The notes below the pieces were generated by a model. It saw only the letters and a list, made by a program, of their open reading frames with translations, was not told the DNA's origin and searched no databases. DNA of 63,081 nucleotides, taken from a virus. How positions within the stretch are numbered: the stretch's first letter is position 1; each line of letters begins with the position of its first letter. Made by a program: the position numbers and the translations under genes. Positions 1-9,348 of the stretch are shown here, one piece after another. The DNA lies in IMG/VR virus record IMGVR_UViG_3300010373_000008, positions 1 to 63,081 of that record. The stretch is one strand, 5' to 3'.

Positions 1-123
1 AAGTCTTGGTCCCTAAGATCAATGTCAGCGGAACAATGACCACATCCGTCTTTGACCATGTGCATGTATTGCGCTTCTGTTAAGTTCTTACCGCGAGGTC
101 CTCGTGCAAATTTCTCTACTGGT
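1..123. repeat. Terminal direct repeat, copy A; identical to 62959..63081 (circular or terminally redundant genome, unit length 62,958 bp)
   Basis: The first 123 nt were compared base by base with the last 123 nt and are identical. The repeat lies inside a coding frame. Confidence 0.95.
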
Positions 124-1343
124 CCAAACTCATTATCCTGCTCTACATTACTCTCTTCTACTGGGAGAATGAGATCTGTCGGCTGACTGAGCAATACAAA
201 TCGTTTCATGATCGAGCTTGTCTTGTGGGTTTCATCTCGCACTCCCAACGCTCTAGCCCGCACAAGCATAGCCGCCTGTAGATTTTCCATAAGATGCGGG
301 GTACGTACTTCCATGACGGCGTGGATAACCTCACCTTCCTTACCTGCACTAATAACTCCGTACACTTTCCTTGGGAAGGATTTATCTTCAGGGTTCGGCG
401 CATCGGGCGCGAATTCATATTCTCCACTAAGCTCTACCCCAATAGATTTACAAGCTGCATCACTGAATCTTTCCTGCACAGTGTGAGTATCTGTAGATGT
501 AGTAGAGAGTAAGATACCTCCATATGCACTCTCTGTCTTATCTTCCCAAGCTCCCTTCTGTGCATTCCAGTACCGTCCAGAAGAATAGTTCGTGCTATTG
601 TATTTAACTACAGGTTTCTCAGGAACCTTTACTGTCTTGTATTTACGAAGATCACTGACATCGAATTCGTAAATGGTATTGTCATGTGGATGCCAGATAG
701 TTTCTTCAAACTCGATACCGAAACGATTTGCTAACCAATAAAGATGGGCATGTTCGCTGGCTGCTAGCATGATATTCTTATCCTTTACAAAAGCAAAGGA
801 GATGGAGCGCTGTCCATTAGATGCGATGTAATGCTTATCCTTAGTCTGATCGTACCACACTAATGCATATGCCGCTGACGCAGGAAGATTCTGTAATGCT
901 TTTTCAGGTCCGTGCTTAAAGATTTGATAGTAGAGCCAGTCCGAATCTACTTCAAAGTCTAGTCCGTCTTCTTTACGACTAAAGCTTGGCACCCCTCCGT
1001 TATGTACACCGATGATATACTCTTGAGTATCCTCATGACTAAACGGGTGGCAGTTATCTAGGGATACTACACCGTGAGTTGCCGCACGATGATGGATGAT
1101 GGTAGCCGATGTATTGTCAGCTTCTTTAAAAAGATTCTGAGCGCCTCTCATCTGAGCAAAAGTTCCACCATCTACAGGCTGCTTAAAGATCCTGACATCC
1201 CTATTCTTCTTGACCTGATACATACCAGTGCTATCTAGTCCTCGTAGGACTCCGGTGATGCATCCGCCTAGTAGAAATTCTCCAAGCTTGACATTGTGTA
1301 CGCGATTCTTTTCACCATTAAACAGAGCTAGAATTCCACACAT
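1..1343 (-). CDS. Class-II (Ntn) glutamine amidotransferase-like protein, N-terminal part; the gene continues at 62847..63081
   Basis: Own translation from ATG 1343..1341 gives MCGILALFNGEKNRV...IIHHRAATHGVVSLDNCHPF. This shows the Cys2 nucleophile and the R-x-x-T-x-G...N-x-x-P-F pattern. The frame stays open to the window edge, so it is missing from the ORF track. The C-terminal part carries CGHC...CSMC cysteine pairs. Confidence 0.75.
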   Translation of the reverse strand, partial: MCGILALFNGEKNRVHNVKLGEFLLGGCITGVLRGLDSTGMYQVKKNRDVRIFKQPVDGGTFAQMRGAQNLFKEADNTSATIIHHRAATHGVVSLDNCHPFSHEDTQEYIIGVHNGGVPSFSRKEDGLDFEVDSDWLYYQIFKHGPEKALQNLPASAAYALVWYDQTKDKHYIASNGQRSISFAFVKDKNIMLAASEHAHLYWLANRFGIEFEETIWHPHDNTIYEFDVSDLRKYKTVKVPEKPVVKYNSTNYSSGRYWNAQKGAWEDKTESAYGGILLSTTSTDTHTVQERFSDAACKSIGVELSGEYEFAPDAPNPEDKSFPRKVYGVISAGKEGEVIHAVMEVRTPHLMENLQAAMLVRARALGVRDETHKTSSIMKRFVLLSQPTDLILPVEESNVEQDNEFGPVEKFARGPRGKNLTEAQYMHMVKDGCGHCSADIDLRDQD

Positions 1344-1354
1344 AATTTTATTCC

Positions 1355-2668
1355 TTAATCTAGGTAAGTTAACTGAAAGTTGATCATTCCAACCACTCTC
1401 CCGCTGCGCACATCTGTCCATGTTAGATGTCCGGGGCGAGTGTCACGCGGCCGTAGATTTCCCATGTCGCGCGTAGGAAATAGATCTCCCACAGGAGGTC
1501 TGCGTGGAATAGGTTGCTCAGGAATAGCCTGCTGAATTTGCCATGGGTTAGCGCCTATCCTATTCAGTTGTTCGGCTAATCTCCCCCTTCTTTCGGCCGG
1601 ACCATTGCGCAGACCGAGCGGATCGCCATCCAGCATCACACGCGGAATCGCTACTTCCTCGTCCTCAGGCGAGCTCGCTTTCTTGGTCTTGGGCTTAGTA
1701 AGCTTCGCTTTTTTAGCGGCAAGCAACCTACTCGGCCGTCCGGGCCAAGAAGACTCAGGAACTTGGAATAGTTTTACAGTTGAGCGTAGTTGAATTAGCT
1801 CTGCTGTAATCAACGCTTCTTGAAAAGAGCGCTCGTCGTACATAGGAGCTAGGACTCGGGTCCACTTACCGAAGACCTTACTGAAGAATTCCGTACCTCC
1901 AAGTTTCCGGGCGTACTGAATCACATCCCCCTTGAATTCTTTCGCAAACTTCTTACAGCATAGGATGACATTGATCCAATCTATGATTCGATTGTAATCG
2001 AAGGTAGTAGGAAGATGTCGAAACTCTAGAGTTCCAAACTTAGCTAGAGGAAGGAGATTGATAGCTTGATACTTGCTGAGTAGTCCTCGATCCTCGTGAA
2101 AATAATCCCATAAATTACCCGCCTCTCCTCGGCGAAAGATAATGTTAGGATCCATTACGTTGCTACGTAATTTGTCCCATCCAAATAGCACCTCAGACAG
2201 TGCTCCGAAGTCTGCTTGGCTATCTCCATAGGCATCACAGAACCCACACGCCCGACGATTCTCGCCGGCATAGGCGAACATCGCTGGCTCCATGATGATA
2301 CACGTCTGCATCATACGTGCAAGCTCCAGAGGATCTGTCTCATTCATGTCAGTGGCATCCAGGTGAATGTGAATGCCAGCCCTAGGGTATCCTATCGAAT
2401 ACTTATTCTTCAGCGCATAGGAACAGATCCACGCCACGGCATCCGTAAGATCCTTACCGACTAGCCCTCCATTCGTGACGAACTCTCGTCCATTTACCTT
2501 AAGAGAATGATCCTCTTTAGAGGACCACATCGGACTTAGATCATTCCACTTGAGGGCTTTCTCTACCTCAACTTCCACCCCGATCTTAGCTCCTGGAATA
2601 GCTAGATCATTAGTCTCAATTGGAATAGAGTGCCTAGGTTTACCGAATATCTGAGCTACACTGGCCAT
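1355..2668 (-). CDS. Glutamine-synthetase-like amidoligase (Amidoligase_2-type COOH-NH2 ligase) with a Pro/Arg-rich C-terminal tail
   Basis: 437-aa ORF with the motifs IGVEVEVEKA, GIHIHLD and GTLEFRH, typical of GS-fold amidoligases. TAA stop. Confidence 0.65.
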   Translation of the reverse strand: MASVAQIFGKPRHSIPIETNDLAIPGAKIGVEVEVEKALKWNDLSPMWSSKEDHSLKVNGREFVTNGGLVGKDLTDAVAWICSYALKNKYSIGYPRAGIHIHLDATDMNETDPLELARMMQTCIIMEPAMFAYAGENRRACGFCDAYGDSQADFGALSEVLFGWDKLRSNVMDPNIIFRRGEAGNLWDYFHEDRGLLSKYQAINLLPLAKFGTLEFRHLPTTFDYNRIIDWINVILCCKKFAKEFKGDVIQYARKLGGTEFFSKVFGKWTRVLAPMYDERSFQEALITAELIQLRSTVKLFQVPESSWPGRPSRLLAAKKAKLTKPKTKKASSPEDEEVAIPRVMLDGDPLGLRNGPAERRGRLAEQLNRIGANPWQIQQAIPEQPIPRRPPVGDLFPTRDMGNLRPRDTRPGHLTWTDVRSGRVVGMINFQLTYLD

Positions 2669-2671
2669 ATA

Positions 2672-3043
2672 TTATTCCTCTTCTTCCCACTCGATCTTTA
2701 CAGTATCCATTACAGTATCAATACGATTGAGAACGGTAACGGTTGCATCAGCCGCTTCAACAGCCTCTTCTTTGGAAGAGAAGATGCGTCCGATAGCATA
2801 TCTTAATGGGGTAAATCCTTCATTACGGTAAACATTACACCATCCTTCTTTCTTTACCTTATTAGGTAGAAGATTACACTTAGTGACCATCGAGCACGTC
2901 CCGTCCTCTTCGTATCTCCTCATAGTTCCGAGGACATCGGTAGCCAGAAATGGCGCACCTGCTCCGCGATTAACTAATCGTCCTTCGATCAGCCAAGTAT
3001 CTCCAAAACTATCTTTGTAAGACTTACCTACTTCAATCTTCAT
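2672..3043 (-). CDS. Hypothetical protein
   Basis: 123-aa ORF, tightly packed in the same-strand array. Confidence 0.6.
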   Translation of the reverse strand: MKIEVGKSYKDSFGDTWLIEGRLVNRGAGAPFLATDVLGTMRRYEEDGTCSMVTKCNLLPNKVKKEGWCNVYRNEGFTPLRYAIGRIFSSKEEAVEAADATVTVLNRIDTVMDTVKIEWEEEE

Positions 3044-3256
3044 TTATCGCTCCGTTTCACTACGTTGCATGTTTTTATGCACAACGGCATCAGAATGTGA
3101 CCATCCTCCATCACGCGCTCTACTCTGCCACGTAAGAGCCTTCACTGTATGAAGTCTAGCATCATTAAAGTCTCCGTCAGTTCTAGCAAGCCCCGCCATT
3201 TCCCAATGCTGGTCGGAGATACTCAAACACTTCTTAGCAGAATAAAATGTACTCAC
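3044..3256 (-). CDS. Hypothetical protein
   Basis: 70-aa ORF. Its start overlaps the stop of the upstream gene. Confidence 0.5.
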   Translation of the reverse strand: MSTFYSAKKCLSISDQHWEMAGLARTDGDFNDARLHTVKALTWQSRARDGGWSHSDAVVHKNMQRSETER

Positions 3257-3615
3257 GACCAGTCTCCCGATGCGATGATCCTTTTGTCGGAGGTGTAGTC
3301 CTTACTGATCTGATAGATAGATACGTGTTCTTCGGTATCTGTTTCTACAATCTCTCGTGTATAGAAGTTGTTATCAGCAGCGCCTTCTCGATATCCTTCA
3401 AGCCTATCCAGCCGGCGAAGAGTATCATTGTCTACTTCATACAGCTCTACCTGTACTGTTCCCGGTTCGTCTAAGCGCACTCCGGGAAATCCACCTAGAT
3501 GATACATGCGTCCTTTAACAGATGCCTTACCTAGGAATTTAGAGTCGGTCAGCAGGCGATGATTACCATGACCTTGCTTCAGTGTACCGTATACAGCTAC
3601 TTTAGTTAGTGACAT
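3253..3615 (-). CDS. Gamma-glutamylcyclotransferase-like (AIG2/GGACT fold) protein
   Basis: Motifs VAVYGTLKQGHGNHRLL...GRMYHLGGFPGV...VQVELYEV. The likely start is ATG at 3615; the ORF track extends it to TTG at 3621. Confidence 0.65.
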   Translation of the reverse strand: MSLTKVAVYGTLKQGHGNHRLLTDSKFLGKASVKGRMYHLGGFPGVRLDEPGTVQVELYEVDNDTLRRLDRLEGYREGAADNNFYTREIVETDTEEHVSIYQISKDYTSDKRIIASGDWS

Positions 3616-3722
3616 TTGCAATTTCCTCCATTTGGTAGGTCTGTTATAATATCTACTAATAGCCCAAATGTAGCTATGCCGAGGGCAATCAAGAGAATAA
3701 TACCAAGTTCATACCATTCCAT
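3606..3722 (-). CDS. Small membrane protein (38 aa)
   Basis: Own translation: MEWYELGIILLIALGIATFGLLVDIITDLPNGGNCKCH. It has a stop/start overlap with both neighbours. Below the ORF-track size cutoff. Confidence 0.4.
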   Translation of the reverse strand: MEWYELGIILLIALGIATFGLLVDIITDLPNGGNCKCH

Positions 3723-4345
3723 CATCGCACCGAACTCATTTCAAATAGCCGTTGGGCGGCATCGTCCAAGAAGTTCCAGTGAACTCCGTCCGGAGATACG
3801 GCTACATGGATACCTCTAAGATGAAGTTGGTACTCCGCTCCTTCAAGCATTCCGATAGTGACCGCCCAGCTAGCGCTGAGTGCAAATCCAGTTGCCTTAG
3901 GATCCTCTTGCAGCCTGCGCACGGCATCACCTAACGTAATGTACGTAGGATTATACACCGAATCTGCAATGGCGTCAGTGATAGTCTTTACAGTGAGAGT
4001 AGTTCCATCAAGTTCGTACCAGTATTCCTTACATGCTGCGGGGATTGTGAACGATACAGCAGTACTGTTAAATCCCTTTGAGGTATGTCGAATAGCTCGA
4101 CGCTGTGCATGCCATACATAATGTCCACTAGGATCTGTACGGTATCCGAGTTCGGGACACTTGACATGCTCCCACTCTAAGGAGTTGATATCAATCGATA
4201 CGCCCTTACCTTTGGATTGCAGATACAAATGATTCGGCTGCTCTGTACACTGTCCCATACATTTATGAGGAATGCCTGTAGTAGGATGCACGATCCAAGA
4301 GTTAAGATAGTATCTGTGTAAGTCAGCGATGTTGTATAGATTCAT
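3722..4345 (-). CDS. Hypothetical protein within the ligase cluster
   Basis: 207-aa ORF, overlap-coupled to both neighbours. Confidence 0.6.
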   Translation of the reverse strand: MNLYNIADLHRYYLNSWIVHPTTGIPHKCMGQCTEQPNHLYLQSKGKGVSIDINSLEWEHVKCPELGYRTDPSGHYVWHAQRRAIRHTSKGFNSTAVSFTIPAACKEYWYELDGTTLTVKTITDAIADSVYNPTYITLGDAVRRLQEDPKATGFALSASWAVTIGMLEGAEYQLHLRGIHVAVSPDGVHWNFLDDAAQRLFEMSSVR

Positions 4346-5196
4346 TATACTTCTCTCTCCGCAGGAACCGCCTCAAAGTCATTCCAAAGTTTGTTGTATA
4401 GTTTACTCAATTCAGAAGGCCAAACTTCTCTAGACACAGCCTCTTGAATAGCAGCACTGTGTGCCTCGATAGATTTGAATAGAACCCTAGCTTTCTCTGG
4501 ACGAGTCAACACCAGATCTAGTGCCCTATACATTGTATCTACTCCCATATGTACAGGATCCGCGAGCCAGTAATTACTAGGAGTTCTGTATTCAATACCG
4601 TAATCCTTTACTCGATACAATCCAGCTAGTCCATAGAACTTCCTTCGTTCACCTTGCTTATCGAATCCATTAGCCAATACATACCCTCCATAACCCATCA
4701 CTTCGATGAACTGAATGAGTGCCCACGGAGGGATCCCTGCATTCTTAACATCGTACCCAAAATGGATATGACCTCCCGCGAATCGATTCAATCCTACTTC
4801 CTTCACGCTAGGAGGACGTCGCATGTTACCCCTTTCCCAAGCGTTAAAGTCCGGATCGCATCCGAATGTCATAGCCTGCTCAGATCGCAAATCTTCCTCC
4901 GAGAATTTATGAGAGGGACTTATGTGCAAGTTAGCATTGGGGATGTAATCTCGTACGATCTTCTTTAGATCTGTAACAGATTGCCGAACCGCCGATGCAA
5001 AAGTTTGCACAGTATTGTAGGCGTTGATGTTGAATTCTAACGTTACTCCGTCCTCTTGAATCTTCAGTCCATGACGATGCCCTGCGATAGGATGGGGTTC
5101 TTCCTTAGTCCCTGGAATCAATCCGACACAGGGGATAACTTTCTTATTACCTCCAATTACAAATACCTCAGGATCCGTACCGATCATAATTGACAT
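4345..5196 (-). CDS. phiEco32-like COOH-NH2 ligase type 2 (GS-like amidoligase)
   Basis: Motifs MIGTDPEVFV, LEFNINA, GGHIHFG and GIEYRTPSNYW match the phage COOH-NH2 ligase family pattern. Confidence 0.65.
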   Translation of the reverse strand: MSIMIGTDPEVFVIGGNKKVIPCVGLIPGTKEEPHPIAGHRHGLKIQEDGVTLEFNINAYNTVQTFASAVRQSVTDLKKIVRDYIPNANLHISPSHKFSEEDLRSEQAMTFGCDPDFNAWERGNMRRPPSVKEVGLNRFAGGHIHFGYDVKNAGIPPWALIQFIEVMGYGGYVLANGFDKQGERRKFYGLAGLYRVKDYGIEYRTPSNYWLADPVHMGVDTMYRALDLVLTRPEKARVLFKSIEAHSAAIQEAVSREVWPSELSKLYNKLWNDFEAVPAEREV

Positions 5197-5204
5197 AATA
5201 GTTC

Positions 5205-5579
5205 TCAGTCTTTTAGAGGCGCGCGCGCCAGTTTGTAGGATGTTGGTACATATACAGGTTTAACAGGAGCTACGATCACTGGTGGATTTTTAATCTTGAT
5301 CCTCGGTTTCATTTTAGAATCTGATTTTAGGTTAGGTATTGGATCGTATTCTGGAATGGACGCACCTACTTCTGATCTAGGATACTCACGTTCGTAGGTA
5401 TAGTCATGCTGTTTCCAGTTATTGGATACCCAAATATTGAGAAGTACCTGTCCCTCCCTTAGCTTCTTTACAACAGCATCCATGATCTTGGAACTAGATC
5501 TCTTCTTGATCCAAACAAACCCGAAAGAATGCTTTAGATTCTTGTCACGAACTTTGTACACTGCAATTGTATTCTCCAT
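5205..5579 (-). CDS. Hypothetical protein
   Basis: ORF 5205..5618. The internal ATG at 5579 avoids overlapping the ATP-grasp gene. Confidence 0.55.
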   Translation of the reverse strand: MENTIAVYKVRDKNLKHSFGFVWIKKRSSSKIMDAVVKKLREGQVLLNIWVSNNWKQHDYTYEREYPRSEVGASIPEYDPIPNLKSDSKMKPRIKIKNPPVIVAPVKPVYVPTSYKLARAPLKD

Positions 5580-5586
5580 TATTTCC

Positions 5587-6399
5587 TCATAACATCCTAG
5601 CCCTGAAGGCTTCGACATAGGCGTTAAGACTTGACTCTGCTTCCAAAGCAGGAGCAGAATTAATCTCTACCACAACTTTATTCATGCTGTCGTGGTTAAC
5701 TAAGATGTCAACAGCACAGTGATTAGCACCAACTGCCCTCGCTGCATCTAACGCCAGAACCCCAAGCTCAGCGCGGTAATTACGAGTATCGCAGCTAAGA
5801 TCTTGCACGGTAAACACCCAGCCGTTAGCTCTGGTTCGTACCAACGTATCAACATCGGCTCCATTTTCCTTCCTCTTCTGTTGAATTAGAATGACATTGC
5901 CGTAACAAACGTGCACTCGATATTCAGCGTGCTTCCTGAAGTATCGTGTGTACAAAGGAGCTACGGGAATAGGCTGCCCTCGACGGACGATCTCTAGGCC
6001 AGCACCGCTGTGTCCTGTGACAGTATGACGCACGACAATCTTACCATCTTCCCTCATCCAACGGTTAAGAGCTTCATCGTCATTTGGATTTCCATCCACC
6101 GCCGTGGCAAGTTCAATAGCTTCCTGTGTAACCCAGCTCACACAAGGTACATGTGCCCGCGATAAGCTCCTGAAAGTACCAATCTTATCAGAGCAAAAGA
6201 TAACCGACTGAGCTGTATTACTGTAGGTCAGATTGCGTTGTACCAACTGATTCTGAGGCTGCCCTACTCCCCAGTTGATTACAAATCTGTCACCGCGAGT
6301 ACGTCGGGTAGATCCTGAAGTAATTAAGCCTACGCCTAGAGCTTCTGCTAGTCTGCGAGCAGACCTAGATCCTCGATTGCGAAGTACATTTACAATCAT
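5587..6399 (-). CDS. ATP-grasp (RimK-like) ligase
   Basis: 270 aa with HTVTGHSGAGLEIV, EYRVHVCYGNVILIQQKRK and CAVDILVNHD..VVVEINSAPAL. Confidence 0.65.
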   Translation of the reverse strand: MIVNVLRNRGSRSARRLAEALGVGLITSGSTRRTRGDRFVINWGVGQPQNQLVQRNLTYSNTAQSVIFCSDKIGTFRSLSRAHVPCVSWVTQEAIELATAVDGNPNDDEALNRWMREDGKIVVRHTVTGHSGAGLEIVRRGQPIPVAPLYTRYFRKHAEYRVHVCYGNVILIQQKRKENGADVDTLVRTRANGWVFTVQDLSCDTRNYRAELGVLALDAARAVGANHCAVDILVNHDSMNKVVVEINSAPALEAESSLNAYVEAFRARML

Positions 6400-6818
6400 T
6401 TCTCTACTGCCTGTTTGATGATGACATACATATGCCTTACCATATTATCACTGTTAGGGTTCATGTAGTACGGAGAGACGTGAGCTTTGCATGTATAAAT
6501 ATATCTCTCCATCGGCTTCCCTGATCCGATAATTTTAAATGATCTTTTAGGAACGTGGTCGAATAATAATTCATCAGCAATTCCTCCCTCTTTATCATGA
6601 AGAAATAAGGATCCTATCCCAGGAATACATGACTTAATTATATCCTCAAGCAGTGCATCCTCACTACTATTAATTAGCATATCCCAATTTTTTTTACCAT
6701 CGTTGATAGGAGCAGGAGTCCGTCGGAAACTATGAAGTACATGACCTGCACAAAATCCTGGCACGTCATCACCCTTCATTGACAAATAGTTTCTGGGTCC
6801 TATTTTAAAGGTGGTCAT
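6396..6818 (-). CDS. Hypothetical protein, paralog of 6815..7399
   Basis: Carries PGFCAGHVLHS, compared with PGCCGLRIIHS in the neighbour. ATG at 6818 overlaps the upstream stop (ATGA). Confidence 0.55.
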   Translation of the reverse strand: MTTFKIGPRNYLSMKGDDVPGFCAGHVLHSFRRTPAPINDGKKNWDMLINSSEDALLEDIIKSCIPGIGSLFLHDKEGGIADELLFDHVPKRSFKIIGSGKPMERYIYTCKAHVSPYYMNPNSDNMVRHMYVIIKQAVEK

Positions 6819-7399
6819 GATTCGTACGCTCCCGCAACAGGAAGTCCTAGAGGATCGTTGCCTACCAATGTCTTGGGAACCATAGCCCAAGTGATTACGT
6901 TTCTACCACTATTGTTTGTGGTACAACTTAAGCGTTGAAAGGAATATTTATCGTTCAGGATTAAATTCAGCCACTTAGCAGTGTGGTAAAGAGTTCCTCC
7001 TTTGACATCTGCAAAGATGATTGTCTTGTTGGCATCTACATATAAATTATCAGCTAGTTTCATGTAATAGATAAAATCCTCTATACTAGAATGAAACTCT
7101 AGTGCGTAAGGCGGCACTGGAAGTCTGGGCTTGTCTACTACATAACCCGCACCGTAAGACGAATGTATGATCCTTAATCCGCAACATCCGGGATAAGGTG
7201 AGAACGAGACTTCCACTAATAGATGAGGATCTGTTATTGCTTTAGTGAAATCATCCCCTTTCAGTTTGCGTCGAAATGCTTCTTCAGAGCAAGGAGCGCA
7301 ACCTTTCAGTAGCTCCTTACCGGGTATAGCATTGTATGCATCCCAATCACGAAGTTTGATATAGTGTTTCTGATAAGAGAACATGGAATCACACCCCAT
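6815..7399 (-). CDS. Hypothetical protein, paralog of 6396..6818
   Basis: 194-aa ORF sharing the PG-x-C-[AG]...HS motif. Confidence 0.55.
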   Translation of the reverse strand: MGCDSMFSYQKHYIKLRDWDAYNAIPGKELLKGCAPCSEEAFRRKLKGDDFTKAITDPHLLVEVSFSPYPGCCGLRIIHSSYGAGYVVDKPRLPVPPYALEFHSSIEDFIYYMKLADNLYVDANKTIIFADVKGGTLYHTAKWLNLILNDKYSFQRLSCTTNNSGRNVITWAMVPKTLVGNDPLGLPVAGAYES

Positions 7400-7634
7400 T
7401 CAGTGAATTGTAGAGAGGGATATCAGAGAGTTTAAATCCAATTGGATTCTCTCGAATAATTCGTACCGGCATCTTTACATCAAACACACATTCATTCTTG
7501 AAGTTGTTAACGTCTACGGCAGTGCTGGCTCCTACCTTGACGTAGATCTTATCGTTCTTAACCGTAGTACCATCAGAACGACGATCGTCACGAAGAGCAC
7601 GGAACATGTTACCAATCTTTAGGTCATTAAACAT
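7389..7634 (-). CDS. Hypothetical protein
   Basis: 81-aa ORF in the same-strand array. Confidence 0.5.
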   Translation of the reverse strand: MFNDLKIGNMFRALRDDRRSDGTTVKNDKIYVKVGASTAVDVNNFKNECVFDVKMPVRIIRENPIGFKLSDIPLYNSLNGV

Positions 7635-7645
7635 TTGTAATCTCC

Positions 7646-7954
7646 TTAAAGAACTTCGACGAATTTACGGGTAATCACGACGCCCGTTGTCGAGAAAACC
7701 TGCGCTTCGGTTTCGGACTTATGGTTCTGCCCCGATAGTCTGCCAGCTTCGTATTCATTTACATAAATTACCCTAGGTTCGGGCTTAATTCGATAATTCC
7801 AGGCAGGCCTGTTAAAACTTACAGTACCGTCGTCCTCAACATCTATCCAACGGGACAGAGCGCCAGGAGGAGTTGCCGCCAGGATCTGAATTGTAGCACC
7901 TTCTCCAAAGGCTTGGATGATAGGCAGTAATGCCAAAGCATCTTGACGTTTCAT
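7646..7954 (-). CDS. Hypothetical protein, member of a 3-copy paralog family
   Basis: Shares NYRIKPEPR with 9654..9977. Confidence 0.55.
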   Translation of the reverse strand: MKRQDALALLPIIQAFGEGATIQILAATPPGALSRWIDVEDDGTVSFNRPAWNYRIKPEPRVIYVNEYEAGRLSGQNHKSETEAQVFSTTGVVITRKFVEVL

Positions 7955-8018
7955 TATTGATTCCTGAGGTTGATAGTATAGAAAGGTTCGTATCGAACGA
8001 ATACAGCTAATGGAAGGG

Positions 8019-8318
8019 TCATTCAGGTACCTCTACCATTTTAATGACGCGCCCATCGGAGGGGGCGTAACTCAACGCGCTTTCTTTCATATCGAAGAAA
8101 ACAACGTCTTCATGTTCTCCTTCGGTAACTACTGCCCATTTAACCAAGGGTCCCTGGTTTACTCGATAATCAAAACGCGCCCAATCCCATGAAGGTTCTG
8201 GACCTGCGTCCCGATTCCAGAGAGCGTAGTCAGTATTGCCGTAGCCGCCCCACCATTCAATCTGCTTACCGTCCACAAATGCCTGCATCACTGCGATCTT
8301 TTCTGCTGTAGTTTTCAT
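8019..8318 (-). CDS. Hypothetical protein, member of a 3-copy paralog family
   Basis: Shares AFVDGK-IE with 9654..9977. Confidence 0.55.
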   Translation of the reverse strand: MKTTAEKIAVMQAFVDGKQIEWWGGYGNTDYALWNRDAGPEPSWDWARFDYRVNQGPLVKWAVVTEGEHEDVVFFDMKESALSYAPSDGRVIKMVEVPE

Positions 8319-8636
8319 TTAGATATCCTTGTAGACGGCAAAAGCGTCGTCATACGTAGGTACGTTATCCACTCCTCCCTCAAGTCCCCACAATAGATAC
8401 TTACCGGAAAACATAGCGCGTTTAGCTAACGTACGTCCTGACTTACGATTGAATTGATCTCCTTTAGAGCATCGTACGATTGACAATTTCCATGTCATAT
8501 CACCTGCAATCGCCGCATGTCGACGAGCAAACACCGTAGCATTGGTGTATTCCTTACCTTTCTTGCTGATGTGTGATTCGCGAATCTGGAAGTAAAGTTC
8601 CGGGGTAGTTGTGGATTTGCGGATTGCTTGAGTCAT
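8319..8636 (-). CDS. Hypothetical protein
   Basis: 105-aa ORF. Confidence 0.55.
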   Translation of the reverse strand: MTQAIRKSTTTPELYFQIRESHISKKGKEYTNATVFARRHAAIAGDMTWKLSIVRCSKGDQFNRKSGRTLAKRAMFSGKYLLWGLEGGVDNVPTYDDAFAVYKDI

Positions 8637-8752
8637 GAGTGTTCTCCTTTTATTTTGAGCAATTAGTATGTGACAAAGTTACTACGCACTTACAACAACT
8701 GCATAGCCACGTATCGCGGCTATTTACAGTAGGGATATAATGTAACATGTGA

Positions 8753-9124
8753 TTAACTTCCTTTAAGTAGTGATGCTGCGTATTCAAGGAGATACAGCTT
8801 CGGAGCAAGGAAGATCTTTAAAGCAACTGACGCTTTAGAAGTAGCGAGAACTGACATAACTGCAATAAGGGATACAAGAATAGTTCCTAGTAGCGCCTTA
8901 GGATCTACGTCAAGTTCCCTGAAGCATTCACTTTTGATTTTGTAAATGCCATAGCCTGCACCAATTGCATAAACAACAGTTAAGAAACAAGACTCTATTC
9001 CCTTAACCAAAAGTAGTTGTTGAATAACGTCTGGGGTCTGTTCTTGTAACCAAACCCCTGTCTGAGTAGCTACTTCCATACCTCTGGTAAGAATAGCAGC
9101 TATGGCTTCGTCTTTAGTGCTCAT
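8753..9124 (-). CDS. Membrane protein
   Basis: 123 aa with hydrophobic segments FLTVVYAIGAGYGIY and LLGTILVSLIAVMSVLA. Confidence 0.55.
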   Translation of the reverse strand: MSTKDEAIAAILTRGMEVATQTGVWLQEQTPDVIQQLLLVKGIESCFLTVVYAIGAGYGIYKIKSECFRELDVDPKALLGTILVSLIAVMSVLATSKASVALKIFLAPKLYLLEYAASLLKGS

Positions 9125-9126
9125 GT

Positions 9127-9348
9127 CTATCCCTCAATTTTGATATTTACAGGATCCCAATAGTATCTATCGTCGCAATCGAAAAACTTAGAATGGTATC
9201 TGCCGTACTTAGTCATGCCTAGCTTGTCTGATTTTATGATTATTCCTGCGTTAGGGCTAATGAACAATACTACATACCCATGATTCGTGGATTTGCGAGC
9301 TACAGGGAATACTGTACCTGCTTTCTCTTTCTCGACTTCAGTTAACAT
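9127..9348 (-). CDS. Hypothetical protein
   Basis: 73-aa ORF. Confidence 0.5.
   Translation of the reverse strand: MLTEVEKEKAGTVFPVARKSTNHGYVVLFISPNAGIIIKSDKLGMTKYGRYHSKFFDCDDRYYWDPVNIKIEG

Noticed and set aside
1-123. The 123-bp terminal repeat as a physical direct terminal repeat of the virion DNA
   Set aside because: It lies inside a continuous coding frame (the amidotransferase-like gene), and the ORF closes cleanly when the ends are joined. This is more consistent with the assembly overlap of a circular or permuted genome. It cannot be settled without read-terminus data.
8703-8741. A perfect TATAAT hexamer at 8736..8741 on the plus strand as a promoter
   Set aside because: It would drive transcription antisense to the whole leftward arm, no plus-strand ORF follows, and I found no matching -35 element. 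It is more likely chance in AT-rich intergenic DNA. The nearby hairpin at 8703..8723 lacks a T-run, so it was not called as a terminator either.
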